A DNA stretch of 60,737 nt. Origin: an uncultured Gammaproteobacteria bacterium. GTDB lineage: Bacteria; Patescibacteriota; Patescibacteriia; Magasanikbacterales; GWA2-37-8. Positions within the stretch are counted from its first letter, which is position 1. Each line of letters starts with the position of its first letter. The stretch covers positions 1-60,737 of the forward strand of contig CAYOXC010000004.1 of assembly GCA_964407865.1 (NCBI GenBank), given 5' to 3'. Of this stretch, positions 18,797 through 27,373 are shown in pieces. The notes below the pieces were generated by a model. The model saw nothing but the letters and a program-made list of their open reading frames with translations. It was not told where the DNA came from and did not search any database. The position numbers and the translations under genes are program-made.

Positions 18797-19899
18797 ACAT
18801 TTTGCGCCAACGAATACATAGGCATAATTACAGCGACAGCAATACCAGCTACTCCAAGGCCCAGTAGTAAAATTATAATTGGTTCAATAATAGCTGTAAA
18901 ATTGTTCATAGTTTCATCAACTTCATTGTTGTAATATTCCGAAAGCTCACCTAGCATATTTTCTACTCGGCCTGTTTGTTCGCCAACCATAATCATTTCA
19001 GTAACCATACTGGGAAAATTTTTCGGATATATGGATAAAATATTTGAAAGAGTTTCCCCCTGTTTTAATGCATTTGCGGCTGTGTAAAGATTTTCCTTGT
19101 AAATCAGATTTCCCAGAACATCGCCAGAAATTTTAACCGCATCAACAATCGGAATGGTGGAACTAAGTAGCGAGGAAAGAGTCAGGGTAAATCGGGCTAG
19201 GTTAATTTTTCTAATAATCGGACCGATAATTGGAAGTCTTAATGAGAGAGCGTGCATTGTTCGCCTGAATTTATATACTTTCATGGCGCGAATTAAAGCA
19301 ACAACGGCTATGATGACAAGAATAATAATTAACCACCAGTAATTTTGGGCAAATTTGGTAATAGAAATAAGAATTCGTGTGGCTAGCGGTAACTCAACAT
19401 CCATTTCTTCAAACATGACTAAAATTTTTGGCAGAATGTAGAATACGACGAAAATAGAAATACCAATCATGGCACAGATGATCACTAAAGGATAAATCAT
19501 TGCTCCGCGCACCTTAGAAGTAAGGTGTTGATTTTTTTTCATCTGTTCGCTAATTTGTGACAGTGCTTCTTCGAGCTTTCCAGCAATCTCACCGGCAGAA
19601 ATCATGCTGACATATATTGGTGGAAAAATTTTTGGATATTTGACTAAAACTTCACTTAGTTGCTTACCGGTTTCTACTTCTTCCTTGATAGCAACAATGA
19701 TTCGGCGTAGTTTTGCATTTTCGACTTCAGTTGTCAGAACTTCAAAACTATTAACAATAGAAAGTCCGGCCTTGGTCATGATTTCCAAATGGTGGATGAG
19801 CATGTATTTCTCAACAAACGGCACTGTTCCGAAGTGATCCTCAAACCATTCGCTAATTCGTTTGCCGAGAAGTTTAGTTGTTTTTTTGCCCTCCTCCAT
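18793..19899 (-). CDS. pilC: Type IV pilus platform protein PilC (T2SS F family)
   Basis: 'ISAGEIAGKLEEAL', 'VRGAMIYP', 'MVGEQTG', 'IIEPIIIL'. Confidence 0.92.
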   Translation of the reverse strand: MEEGKKTTKLLGKRISEWFEDHFGTVPFVEKYMLIHHLEIMTKAGLSIVNSFEVLTTEVENAKLRRIIVAIKEEVETGKQLSEVLVKYPKIFPPIYVSMISAGEIAGKLEEALSQISEQMKKNQHLTSKVRGAMIYPLVIICAMIGISIFVVFYILPKILVMFEEMDVELPLATRILISITKFAQNYWWLIIILVIIAVVALIRAMKVYKFRRTMHALSLRLPIIGPIIRKINLARFTLTLSSLLSSTIPIVDAVKISGDVLGNLIYKENLYTAANALKQGETLSNILSIYPKNFPSMVTEMIMVGEQTGRVENMLGELSEYYNNEVDETMNNFTAIIEPIIILLLGLGVAGIAVAVIMPMYSLAQNV

Positions 19900-19903
19900 A
19901 AAA

Positions 19904-21631
19904 TTATTCTTTGGTCACACGTAAAATTTCAGTAAGCGCAGTAACGCCCATTTTGGCTTTAATTAAACCATCCTCAAACATAGATATCATACCGCTCTTT
20001 TGCGCCGCGGCTTTTATTTCGCTTGCCGTAGCATGCTCGGTAATTTTTTTATTGATTTCGTCATTCATTTCCATGACCTCATAAATACCAACTCGTCCCT
20101 TAAAACCAGACTGATTGCATTTGGCGCAACCACCACCTTTATAAAAAGTAATTTTATCAAGCGAAGTTTCTTCTTCTTTTAAAACTTTGTATTGTTTGAA
20201 TAATGACAATATTTTATCCGAACCAAAAACTTTCCCCAAATCATCAAGAGCGGATTTTTCTAGCTTGTATTCTTGTTTGCAGTATTTGCAGATGCGGCGC
20301 ACTAGGCGCTGGGCCGCTATCATGTTGGTAGTATAAGCTACCAAAAATGGCGGTACATTCATGTCGATCAGACGAGGCAAGGTGGTAGGGGCATCGTTAG
20401 TATGCAGGGTTGAAAGGACTAAGTGTCCAGTCATAGCAGCGTGTACTGCGATTTCCGCAGTTTCTTCATCACGAATTTCTCCAACCATGATAATATTGGG
20501 ATCTTGGCGAAGAAAAGCGCGTAGTCCTGAGGCAAAAGTAAAACCAACTTTAGGGTTTATCTGGGATTGATTAATGCCTTTAATGCGATATTCAATCGGG
20601 TCTTCAATAGTACAAATATTCACACCTGGTTGATTAAGCATGGTTAGGATTGAATAAAGAGTGGTTGTTTTACCGGAGCCAGTTGGGCCAGTTACAAGTA
20701 TAATGCCGTTTGGTTTTTTAATCGCCTTTCTAATAATATCTTTATCTCGGTCAAGAAAGCCAAGCTCTTCCAAAGATAATGATTTAATTCCTTCCGGCAA
20801 AAGGCGCATAACAATTTTCTCGCCGTCATAAACAGGCATGATGGAAACGCGGAAAGCTATTTTGTCATTTTGTATTTGAATTTTAAAACGTCCGTCTTGT
20901 GGAGCCATGTGCTCGTCGAGACGCAAGTTTGCGAGAATTTTAACTCTAGCAGTAATGCCACTCTGAAGACTTTTGGGTAGGGTCATAATTGGTCGAAGAA
21001 CTCCGTCAATACGGTATCTGATGCCAAGATCTTTATCTCCTGGCTCGATATGGATATCAGAGGCTTCTTCATAGATAGCATGCTCCAAGATGCTGTTAAC
21101 AACATTTACCACCGGCAATTCTTCAGCTACTTTTTTTAAATCACCGCTTGACGAAACTGCCGCAGTTTTTTCTTGGATAACTTTAAATTCTTCTTCTAGT
21201 CTGGAACTATATAAGTGAAGCGCTTCCTTCATTTCCGAAGGGGATGTAACGGCTATAATCGGTTCTAAGCCGCTCTTACGACGAATAAATTCTGCCGTTT
21301 CAATATCTGTCGGGTCAACCATGGCTAGTTTTACATTCTTTTTATCTTTATCATAGGCAATTACATTGTGGGTCAAAGCCAAAGGGTTGGGCACTAAGTT
21401 AACCACCTCGTGCTTAATTTCGAGCCCTTTTAATTGCATGAAAGGCAAATTAAGATGTTCGGCAATTTTTTCAAACAAAACTTTTTCATCAATAATGTTA
21501 TTGATGATCAAAGTTTCTACCAAATCTTTTCCGCTTGAAATCGTTTCTTGTTTTAAACTTTGCCACTTCTTTTTGTCAGGGAATAAATTGTATTTTTCTA
21601 CGACTTCTTCGAGTAGTTTTATAGGCAACAT
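19904..21631 (-). CDS. pilB: Type IV pilus assembly ATPase PilB (GspE family)
   Basis: Walker A GPTGSGKTTT, 'TIEDPIEY', 'RQDPNIIMVGEIRD', 'TGHLVLSTLHTN', Zn-binding Cys motifs. Confidence 0.95.
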   Translation of the reverse strand: MLPIKLLEEVVEKYNLFPDKKKWQSLKQETISSGKDLVETLIINNIIDEKVLFEKIAEHLNLPFMQLKGLEIKHEVVNLVPNPLALTHNVIAYDKDKKNVKLAMVDPTDIETAEFIRRKSGLEPIIAVTSPSEMKEALHLYSSRLEEEFKVIQEKTAAVSSSGDLKKVAEELPVVNVVNSILEHAIYEEASDIHIEPGDKDLGIRYRIDGVLRPIMTLPKSLQSGITARVKILANLRLDEHMAPQDGRFKIQIQNDKIAFRVSIMPVYDGEKIVMRLLPEGIKSLSLEELGFLDRDKDIIRKAIKKPNGIILVTGPTGSGKTTTLYSILTMLNQPGVNICTIEDPIEYRIKGINQSQINPKVGFTFASGLRAFLRQDPNIIMVGEIRDEETAEIAVHAAMTGHLVLSTLHTNDAPTTLPRLIDMNVPPFLVAYTTNMIAAQRLVRRICKYCKQEYKLEKSALDDLGKVFGSDKILSLFKQYKVLKEEETSLDKITFYKGGGCAKCNQSGFKGRVGIYEVMEMNDEINKKITEHATASEIKAAAQKSGMISMFEDGLIKAKMGVTALTEILRVTKE

Positions 21632-21810
21632 AAGCCAAAATATTTCAAATTAACGTCTGACTGACGTTCAGATATATTATAGCATAAAATAGGGTTTTGT
21701 GTAGAAGTTTAATATCTTCATTCATGTACTTATGGCCGTATCACAAAATTAAATAATATAGCAATAAATTGACCATTTTTAAATATTTGACAAGATGAAT
21801 TTTAACGGGG

Positions 21811-21838
21811 TTGACTAATTTTAGCTTTATGCTATATT
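21811..21838 (+). promoter_or_regulatory. Sigma70-type promoter for rpsF-ssb-rpsR
   Basis: TTGACT-N16-TATATT with TG extension. Confidence 0.55.
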
Positions 21839-21875
21839 AAAGCAGCTAAATTTGGTAACAAAACTTAAATTTTTT

Positions 21876-22463
21876 ATGAAGAAATACGAGTTGTTTTTGG
21901 TATTACCCGGTACGCTGGACGAAAATGAAACAGCGCAAAAGACCGGAGAAATCGTAGAAATCGTTAATGAATTCGGCCAAAATGCCGAAATTAAGCCATT
22001 GGGCAAGAGTCGTTTGGCTTACCCGATCAACCAGGTAAGGTATGGTTATTTTTATACCATCCATTTTGAATCCGAACCCGAAAATGTTAAGACAATTGAG
22101 GCTAAACTGCGTTTAACACGCGGACTTTTGCGTTCAATTGTATATCTTTATAATAAAGCCAGCGAAAGCGCCGAAAAAATTGCTTATTTTAGCCAAAGTT
22201 CAACATTGTCAGATCCAAGTAATATCGTTAAAGACGAAGAAGCTACTACATCCGTTTCAACAGATATTGCCCAAGAAGAAACAAAGGATAAAGAAATATC
22301 AGAAGAAATTACAGATCAGATAACCGAACATAAGGAAGATCAAGAAGAGCAGGTGGTGGAAAAGAAACCAAAAATTATTCGGGGCAAGGAAAAGAAAATT
22401 GATTTGAAAGAAATTGACAAGAAGTTAGACGAAATATTATCTGACGAAGATATTAATATATAA
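21876..22463 (+). CDS. rpsF: 30S ribosomal protein S6 with ~100-aa acidic C-terminal extension
   Basis: 'MKKYELFLVL...LGKSRLAYPI...GYFYTIHF'. Start moved to the ATG at 21876. Confidence 0.92.
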   Translation: MKKYELFLVLPGTLDENETAQKTGEIVEIVNEFGQNAEIKPLGKSRLAYPINQVRYGYFYTIHFESEPENVKTIEAKLRLTRGLLRSIVYLYNKASESAEKIAYFSQSSTLSDPSNIVKDEEATTSVSTDIAQEETKDKEISEEITDQITEHKEDQEEQVVEKKPKIIRGKEKKIDLKEIDKKLDEILSDEDINI

Positions 22464-22556
22464 TTTAACCCTAGGGCATACATATCAAATTATTAATAAC
22501 CAAGATTTTGAGCAAGTTTTTTCAAATTAACTCAAATCTTATTTAACAGGGTAAAT

Positions 22557-22997
22557 ATGGACTTAAATCGAGTGATGATAATCGGAAACATGACTCGCGA
22601 TCCAGAATTGCGAACAACGCCAAACGGCAAACCAGTAGCTTCTTTTGGTGTGGCAACTAATCGTTATTGGACCGATCAAAATGGCCAGAAACAGAAGCAG
22701 GCTGAATTTCATAATGTAGTATTTTGGGCGCGGTTGGCTGAAATTGCCGGCCAGTATCTTAAAAAAGGACAGCGCGTCTATGTTGAAGGTAGAATGCAGA
22801 CAAGAGAATGGACCGGTCAGGACGGCGTTAAGCGAACACGAACAGAAATTATTGGCGAAAATATGATTATGCTTTCTACGCGCCAGGGTGACTTCTCTTC
22901 TCATCAGCAGGCACCGTCATATCCACTCGCTGAAGATTCAGCACCAGCTGGAGAAGTGGTTGAAGAAGAAATAAAAGTTGAAGATATTCCATTTTAA
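22557..22997 (+). CDS. ssb: Single-stranded DNA-binding protein
   Basis: 'NRVMIIGNMTRDPELRTTPNG', C-terminal 'EDIPF'. Confidence 0.97.
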   Translation: MDLNRVMIIGNMTRDPELRTTPNGKPVASFGVATNRYWTDQNGQKQKQAEFHNVVFWARLAEIAGQYLKKGQRVYVEGRMQTREWTGQDGVKRTRTEIIGENMIMLSTRQGDFSSHQQAPSYPLAEDSAPAGEVVEEEIKVEDIPF

Positions 22998-23003
22998 TAA
23001 CAT

Positions 23004-23237
23004 ATGCGAAAAACAAGAATTCAAGAACAGCAAAAAAATCGAGTCTGCCTCTACTGTGTTAATCAGCGCAACGTCGTGGATTACAAGGACGTAGGCAATT
23101 TGCGTCGGTTTGTTTCTTCTTATATGAAAATTGCACCACGGCGCAGGAGCGGGCTTTGTGCTAAGCATCAACGCCAGGTTGCCAGCGCCATTAAACGCGC
23201 TCGTCAGGCATCTCTAATGCCGTTTATACCAAAGTAA
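23004..23237 (+). CDS. rpsR: 30S ribosomal protein S18 (Zn-binding form)
   Basis: CLYC...DYKDVGNLRRF...KIAPRRRSGLCAKHQR. Confidence 0.95.
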   Translation: MRKTRIQEQQKNRVCLYCVNQRNVVDYKDVGNLRRFVSSYMKIAPRRRSGLCAKHQRQVASAIKRARQASLMPFIPK

Positions 23238-23317
23238 TTAGGTATATATTCGGATAAAGATAATTTTTATTATGTCTGCACGGTACACGATTTAGTGTGC
23301 CGTGTATTATTAAGAAT

Positions 23318-24361
23318 ATGTTTTGGCCTGAACTAAAAAATAATCCTCGCCAGCGCGAAATTTTTGAAGCACGGATAAAAATTATTAAATTAACCCGTGA
23401 ATTTTTTTGGTCGTGCGGATTCAGTGAAACTGAAACGCCCATCGCCTTGCGCTATCCAGGTCAGGAGCCATATTTAAACCCCATATCGGTTTTATTTCAT
23501 AATCCAGTTAACGAAGCTTATAAATTTTATCTTCAGACTTCGCCAGAATTTGCTATGAAAAAATTATTGGTAGCTGGATATGAAAAAATTTTTCAAATCT
23601 GCAAATGTTTTCGTGATTTTGAGCAGTTTGGCGGGAATCACAATATTGAATTTACCATGCTTGAGTGGTACAGAGCGCCGGGGACGATCGAAGAGATAAT
23701 GGATGACACAGAAGGTTTATTTAAATTTGTCGGGCATGAGTTAAAAGTAAAAAATCTAAAGTTCAAAGATTGTGAGATAAATATTTTTGCTCAATGGGAT
23801 AGATTGTCCATGCGTCAAGTTTGGAAAAAATTTATTGGTATAGAGTTAAATGATTATCTAACAGTTGGAAAAATGCAGGAGCTGGTAAATGAGAGGGGTT
23901 ATAATTTTCAGAGCGAGGTTTATGAAGATTTATTTTACAAAATATTTTTAAATGAGATTGAGTCGAAATTGGGCACAGAAAAGCCGGTTATTATTTATGA
24001 CTATCCAGAGCAAATGTGCTCATTGTCGCGTTTATCAAAAAAGGACCCGTGTTACGCTGAGAGGTTTGAACTATATATTGCTGGGTTGGAATTGGCTAAT
24101 GCTTTTGGCGAATTGACCGACGCGGTTAAACAAAAAAAACTGCTAGAAGAGGATAAGGAAAAAAGAATACAGCTTGGCAAAGAAATATGGCCGGTTGATA
24201 GTGGTTTTATAGCCGCCTTGGAATCGGGTATGCCCGAAGCAGGGGGTATTGCTTTGGGTCTTGATCGCATGATAATGATTTTTACTGGAACAAACAATAT
24301 TAACGATGTGATATTCCAGGCGGTTGATGATGTAATTGACAAACCGTTCAAAAAAAGTTAA
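23318..24361 (+). CDS. epmA: EF-P lysine aminoacylase EpmA/GenX (class II LysRS catalytic paralog)
   Basis: 'LQTSPEFAMKKLL', 'HNIEFTMLEWYR', 'ERFELYIAGLELANAFGEL', 'GGIALGLDR'. No anticodon-binding domain. Adjacent to efp. Confidence 0.9.
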   Translation: MFWPELKNNPRQREIFEARIKIIKLTREFFWSCGFSETETPIALRYPGQEPYLNPISVLFHNPVNEAYKFYLQTSPEFAMKKLLVAGYEKIFQICKCFRDFEQFGGNHNIEFTMLEWYRAPGTIEEIMDDTEGLFKFVGHELKVKNLKFKDCEINIFAQWDRLSMRQVWKKFIGIELNDYLTVGKMQELVNERGYNFQSEVYEDLFYKIFLNEIESKLGTEKPVIIYDYPEQMCSLSRLSKKDPCYAERFELYIAGLELANAFGELTDAVKQKKLLEEDKEKRIQLGKEIWPVDSGFIAALESGMPEAGGIALGLDRMIMIFTGTNNINDVIFQAVDDVIDKPFKKS

Positions 24362-24423
24362 TATTTTGATACTTTATTCATATTTTTAGGTAGTAAGCTA
24401 GCTATAGAATTTATTTATTTTAT

Positions 24424-24984
24424 ATGGCTTCCACATCAGATATCCGCAAAGGAGTAGTTATCAGGCAAAACAATGATTTATTTGTCGTGGTTGAATTTCA
24501 GCATGTTAATCCTGGCAAAGGCGCGGCTTTTGTTCGAACACGAATGAAATCCCTTGGCTCAGGCAAGGTAATTGAAAATACATATAAAACTAGCGAGACA
24601 GTAGATGTTGTTAGTGTTATTTTTCAAACCATGCAGTATCTTTACGAGAGTGGCAACAGGCACGCTTTTATGAATATGAGTAGTTATGAGCAGATTGAAA
24701 TGGACGCAGATTTAATTGGCGATGATATAAAATATTTAAAAGAAGGATTAGAAGTAATTGTTGGCTTGTATGAAGATCGGCCGGTAAGTATTCAGTTGCC
24801 GAAAAAAATACAATATAAAGTTGTTGAAGCCCCTCCGGCAGTGAAAGGCGATAGTGCTTCAGGCAACGTAACAAAAGAAATCGTTTTAGATAATGGCTTA
24901 AAAATTCAGGCCCCGATATTTATAAAAGAAGGCGAAGAAATTCTTATTAACACTGAAACCGGTTTATACTCGGCCAGAGCGTAA
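24424..24984 (+). CDS. efp: Elongation factor P
   Basis: 'HVNPGKGAAFVRT' (Lys at the loop tip), C-terminal 'QAPIFIKEGEEILINT'. Confidence 0.97.
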   Translation: MASTSDIRKGVVIRQNNDLFVVVEFQHVNPGKGAAFVRTRMKSLGSGKVIENTYKTSETVDVVSVIFQTMQYLYESGNRHAFMNMSSYEQIEMDADLIGDDIKYLKEGLEVIVGLYEDRPVSIQLPKKIQYKVVEAPPAVKGDSASGNVTKEIVLDNGLKIQAPIFIKEGEEILINTETGLYSARA

Positions 24985-25002
24985 AAATTTACCTTGTTAA
25001 AT

Positions 25003-25036
25003 AAAAAATCCTCAGCCTTGGGCTGAGGATTTTTTT
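25003..25036. terminator. Bidirectional terminator between efp and the acidic ORF
   Basis: aaaaaatcctcagcc-ttg-ggctgaggatttttt. Confidence 0.8.
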
Positions 25037-25232
25037 ACCAATCATTTTTTGCACTATCGTCTTCGTCGTCGTCTTCGTCTTCGTCTTCGTCGTCGTCAGC
25101 GTCGTCGAGTTCTTCGTCATCCATATCTTCTTCCTCGTCTTCACCACCGACTTCGTGGAAGCCTTCAGCTTCCTCTTCTTCATCTTCTGAGTAGAGGTCA
25201 TTGTCCTCTTCCTCAAATCTAGATAACATCAT
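25035..25232 (-). CDS. 65-aa ultra-acidic protein (40/65 D+E)
   Basis: ORF with its own TTGACA-N16-TAAAAT promoter (25306-25279) and a terminator downstream. Confidence 0.7.
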   Translation of the reverse strand: MMLSRFEEEDNDLYSEDEEEEAEGFHEVGGEDEEEDMDDEELDDADDDEDEDEDDDEDDSAKNDW

Positions 25233-25313
25233 AAGCTTTTAGAAGCCTAAAACATTAATAAATTAATTAACCGCGATAATTTTATCAAATTAATAAATAC
25301 TGTCAAGTCCAAT

Positions 25314-25610
25314 TTAAAGTTGTTTAAAAATTAGCCAAATAACCACTATTTGCAGGGCCAGTATAACAGCAAGCGGGGCCTGGAATGATAGTTTTTTTGT
25401 TTTATGCCTGAATACCTTCATCGCAGCAAGTGAGCCCAGAGAACCCCCAATTAAGGCTAGGATCCATAGTGTTTTTTCACTGATACGCCTTGAGCCTATT
25501 TTGCCGGATTTTGCCTTATCTAAGCCGTAAACAAAAAAAGTAATAAGATTTATTGCGGTAAGATAGATTATAGCAATTGCTTGCCCGATGGTTATAATAT
25601 ATGTGTTCAT
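25314..25610 (-). CDS. DUF1294 (YsdA-like) membrane protein
   Basis: 'NLITFFVYGLDK.K...RRISEKTLWILALIGGSLGSLAAMKVFRHKT.K'. Confidence 0.85.
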   Translation of the reverse strand: MNTYIITIGQAIAIIYLTAINLITFFVYGLDKAKSGKIGSRRISEKTLWILALIGGSLGSLAAMKVFRHKTKKLSFQAPLAVILALQIVVIWLIFKQL

Positions 25611-25637
25611 ATATATAAGTATAGCAGATTTTTTGTA

Positions 25638-25666
25638 TTGACTAAAAGAGGCAAAAATATTATAAT
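25638..25666 (+). promoter_or_regulatory. Sigma70-type promoter upstream of the repeat leader and tRNA-Gly(TCC)
   Basis: TTGACT-N17-TATAAT. Confidence 0.75.
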
Positions 25667-25686
25667 CGCAGTTGAGATTTATTTAT

Positions 25687-26002
25687 TTCCATTTCACTCA
25701 CTGCGGGTATACTAAGGTATACCCACTCATTCGTGGAAAATGCCAAAATAAATTTTGCTATTTTGCCACTCATTTCGCGGGTATACTAGGGTATACCCAC
25801 TCATTCGCGGAAAATATCAAAATAAATTTTGCTATTTTGCCACTCATTTCGCGGGTATCATATACTATGGGGTATATGACACTCCTCGTTCGGAAATGTA
25901 AAAACTTCGTTTTTCCATTTCACTCACTGCGGGTATACTAAGGTATACCCACTCATTCGTGGAAAATGCCAAAATAAATTTTGCTATTTTGCCACTCATT
26001 TC
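25687..26002 (+). repeat. Four 74-78 bp tandem units, each beginning with the tRNA-Gly 5' end (gcgggtat)
   Basis: gcgggtat at 25703, 25777, 25851, 25929 and 26003 (the tRNA). Unit 1 equals unit 4. Unit 3 shares 14 nt with the tRNA. Confidence 0.9.
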
Positions 26003-26074
26003 GCGGGTATCATATAACGGCTATTATCCCAGTTTTCCAAACTGGTGACACGGGTTCGACTCCCGTTACCCGCT
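26003..26074 (+). tRNA. tRNA-Gly(TCC), CCA not encoded
   Basis: GCGGGTA/TACCCGC acceptor, U73, anticodon loop ttTCCaa. Confidence 0.93.
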
Positions 26075-26076
26075 CT

Positions 26077-26114
26077 AAAAAATACCGACCCAATTGTTTG
26101 GGTCGGTATTTTTT
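26077..26114. terminator. Bidirectional hairpin immediately after tRNA-Gly(TCC)
   Basis: aaaaaataccgaccc-aattgttt-gggtcggtatttttt. Confidence 0.75.
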
Positions 26115-26124
26115 TGGTTGCAGT

Positions 26125-26252
26125 GGGGAGTCGAACGGGAAAGGGAGAAAACGGGAGTTTTCTCTTGCTGAGGAAGGCCCACGGAAACCCGAAGGTTTCC
26201 GTGAGAACCCCGACGTAAAGTCGGGGCGAGTGAGATTCCCCGTTACCCGCTC
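26125..26252 (+). mobile_element. tRNA-tailored structured element, Gly copy
   Basis: Begins gggagtcgaac (antisense of the Gly T-arm), has the three-hairpin core, and ends with cccgttacccgctc (Gly 3' end). Mobility is inferred, not shown. Confidence 0.6.
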
Positions 26253-26280
26253 GGTTCAAAAATAACGGCTAAAATGCCGT

Positions 26281-26358
26281 TATTTTTATTTACCCCGTGT
26301 AATGCCGCTTCGCGGCAATTCGCCTTCGGCGAATTATTACACAGGGTAAATAAAAATA
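26281..26358. repeat. Palindromic mini-element (TTTACCC.GT..AAT arms) enclosing two GAA-triloop hairpins
   Basis: tatttttatttaccccgtgtaat / attacacagggtaaataaaaata around gccgc-ttc-gcggc and aattcgcc-ttc-ggcgaatt. Confidence 0.75.
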
Positions 26359-26442
26359 TTTTACCTCGCACTTTTGGTGCGAGGCGTATTTGCCCGGGAT
26401 GGGCAGGGGGGAGAAAGGGCAAATGAGAAAGGTGAAACGTCT

Positions 26443-27138
26443 CTAATCAAGGATGTCCAAGCCGGGTTTTTTCTTGGGGCGTGGTTTAGGAGATGACTCG
26501 TTTTTTGACTGTCTCCTATGACCTAATCCTTTAGCAATCAGTTCTTCATCCATAGCTATCTGGTATCCGCAGCTGCAGAAGTTTGCATAGGGTTCATTGA
26601 CAGAATGACAACGGGGGCAAACCACGGTGGCGGGCTTGCGAAATTGACGCTGGATTATTCCCCGTTTCTCTTCAAGCCGGTTGTGTTTATTAATTTCAGA
26701 CTGTCTTTTGTGGCCTAACCCCATAGCTATAAGTTCTTCGTCGGTAGCTATTTGGTGCCTACAGTCCATGCAGAAGTTTGCGTAGGCCGTATTGACCGCA
26801 TGACAATGGGGACAGATTATTTTATTTGCCGAAGCCTGAAGCATGCGTGGCGGGTGCTTGCCGTTTACCAGCAGATTCATGTTGTCAGGGGTTGTCTGCA
26901 GGATGTTCGCCGTTTGGCAGTGAACATGTATTGACGCCCCCTGGGCTGAGTTGCCGACAGCGCCTCTTTTGAGTTTCTTTATATCTCTCCCGTGTAGATA
27001 GCTGCGGATGATAAGGATGGCGATGACGGCTCCGAGGGTAATCAGCACCGGCCAGAAGTAATCAGTAATAACTTCTAGAGTCTTGTACATGCCGTGTGCC
27101 CGTTCAATCTTGTGTAATAAACTGTTCAAAAAATCCAT
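26443..27138 (-). CDS. Orphan membrane-anchored protein with two double-zinc-ribbon-like repeats (~231 aa)
   Basis: Start taken at MDFLNS (27138) after SD aaaggaggt. One TM segment. CPHC..ANFCMDC and CPRC..ANFCSC repeats. Confidence 0.7.
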   Translation of the reverse strand: MDFLNSLLHKIERAHGMYKTLEVITDYFWPVLITLGAVIAILIIRSYLHGRDIKKLKRGAVGNSAQGASIHVHCQTANILQTTPDNMNLLVNGKHPPRMLQASANKIICPHCHAVNTAYANFCMDCRHQIATDEELIAMGLGHKRQSEINKHNRLEEKRGIIQRQFRKPATVVCPRCHSVNEPYANFCSCGYQIAMDEELIAKGLGHRRQSKNESSPKPRPKKKPGLDILD

Positions 27139-27373
27139 ATCGACCTCCTTTCCCGATTGGGAATTATTGTGAAAGAACAACGTAGTACCATAGCCCATAG
27201 CCCGCCATTTGTCAATATTGCCCGCACAAACATGTTCTAACATCATTTACTATTGAGCTCAAAAATAAATCAGCCCATTCGGGCTGGTTTATTTTTGAAT
27301 GTGATGTGGAAGTCGAACATAAAAACAATGCAGCATTTTTTTATTGTCTGAAAAGGTGTAAAATAGTGATGGT

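Noticed and set aside
22463-23300. Loss of rplI (L9) from the rpsF-ssb-rpsR operon as a notable event
   Set aside because: Absence from one window says nothing about the genome, and rplI is often unlinked.
25687-26002. CRISPR array
   Set aside because: Units are near-identical over their whole length, with no unique spacers between constant repeats, and there are no cas genes in the window.
26125-26252. Hammerhead ribozyme (CTGAGGA ... GAAA/GAGA and a GTC triplet in the tRNA-associated elements)
   Set aside because: Stems I and II are not adjacent to the core motifs as required (extra unpaired nucleotides, no 10.1-11.1 helix), and the His copy lacks C3. At most a distant resemblance, and an Infernal scan would settle it.
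25672-26265. ORFs 25672-25941, 25981-26265 and 25996-26259
   Set aside because: They run through the repeats, tRNA-Gly and the structured element, with no protein-like features.
26077-27300. Classical integrase-driven genomic island or prophage at tRNA-Gly
   Set aside because: No integrase or phage genes, and the duplicated tRNA end lies only ~180 bp downstream, before the cargo gene.
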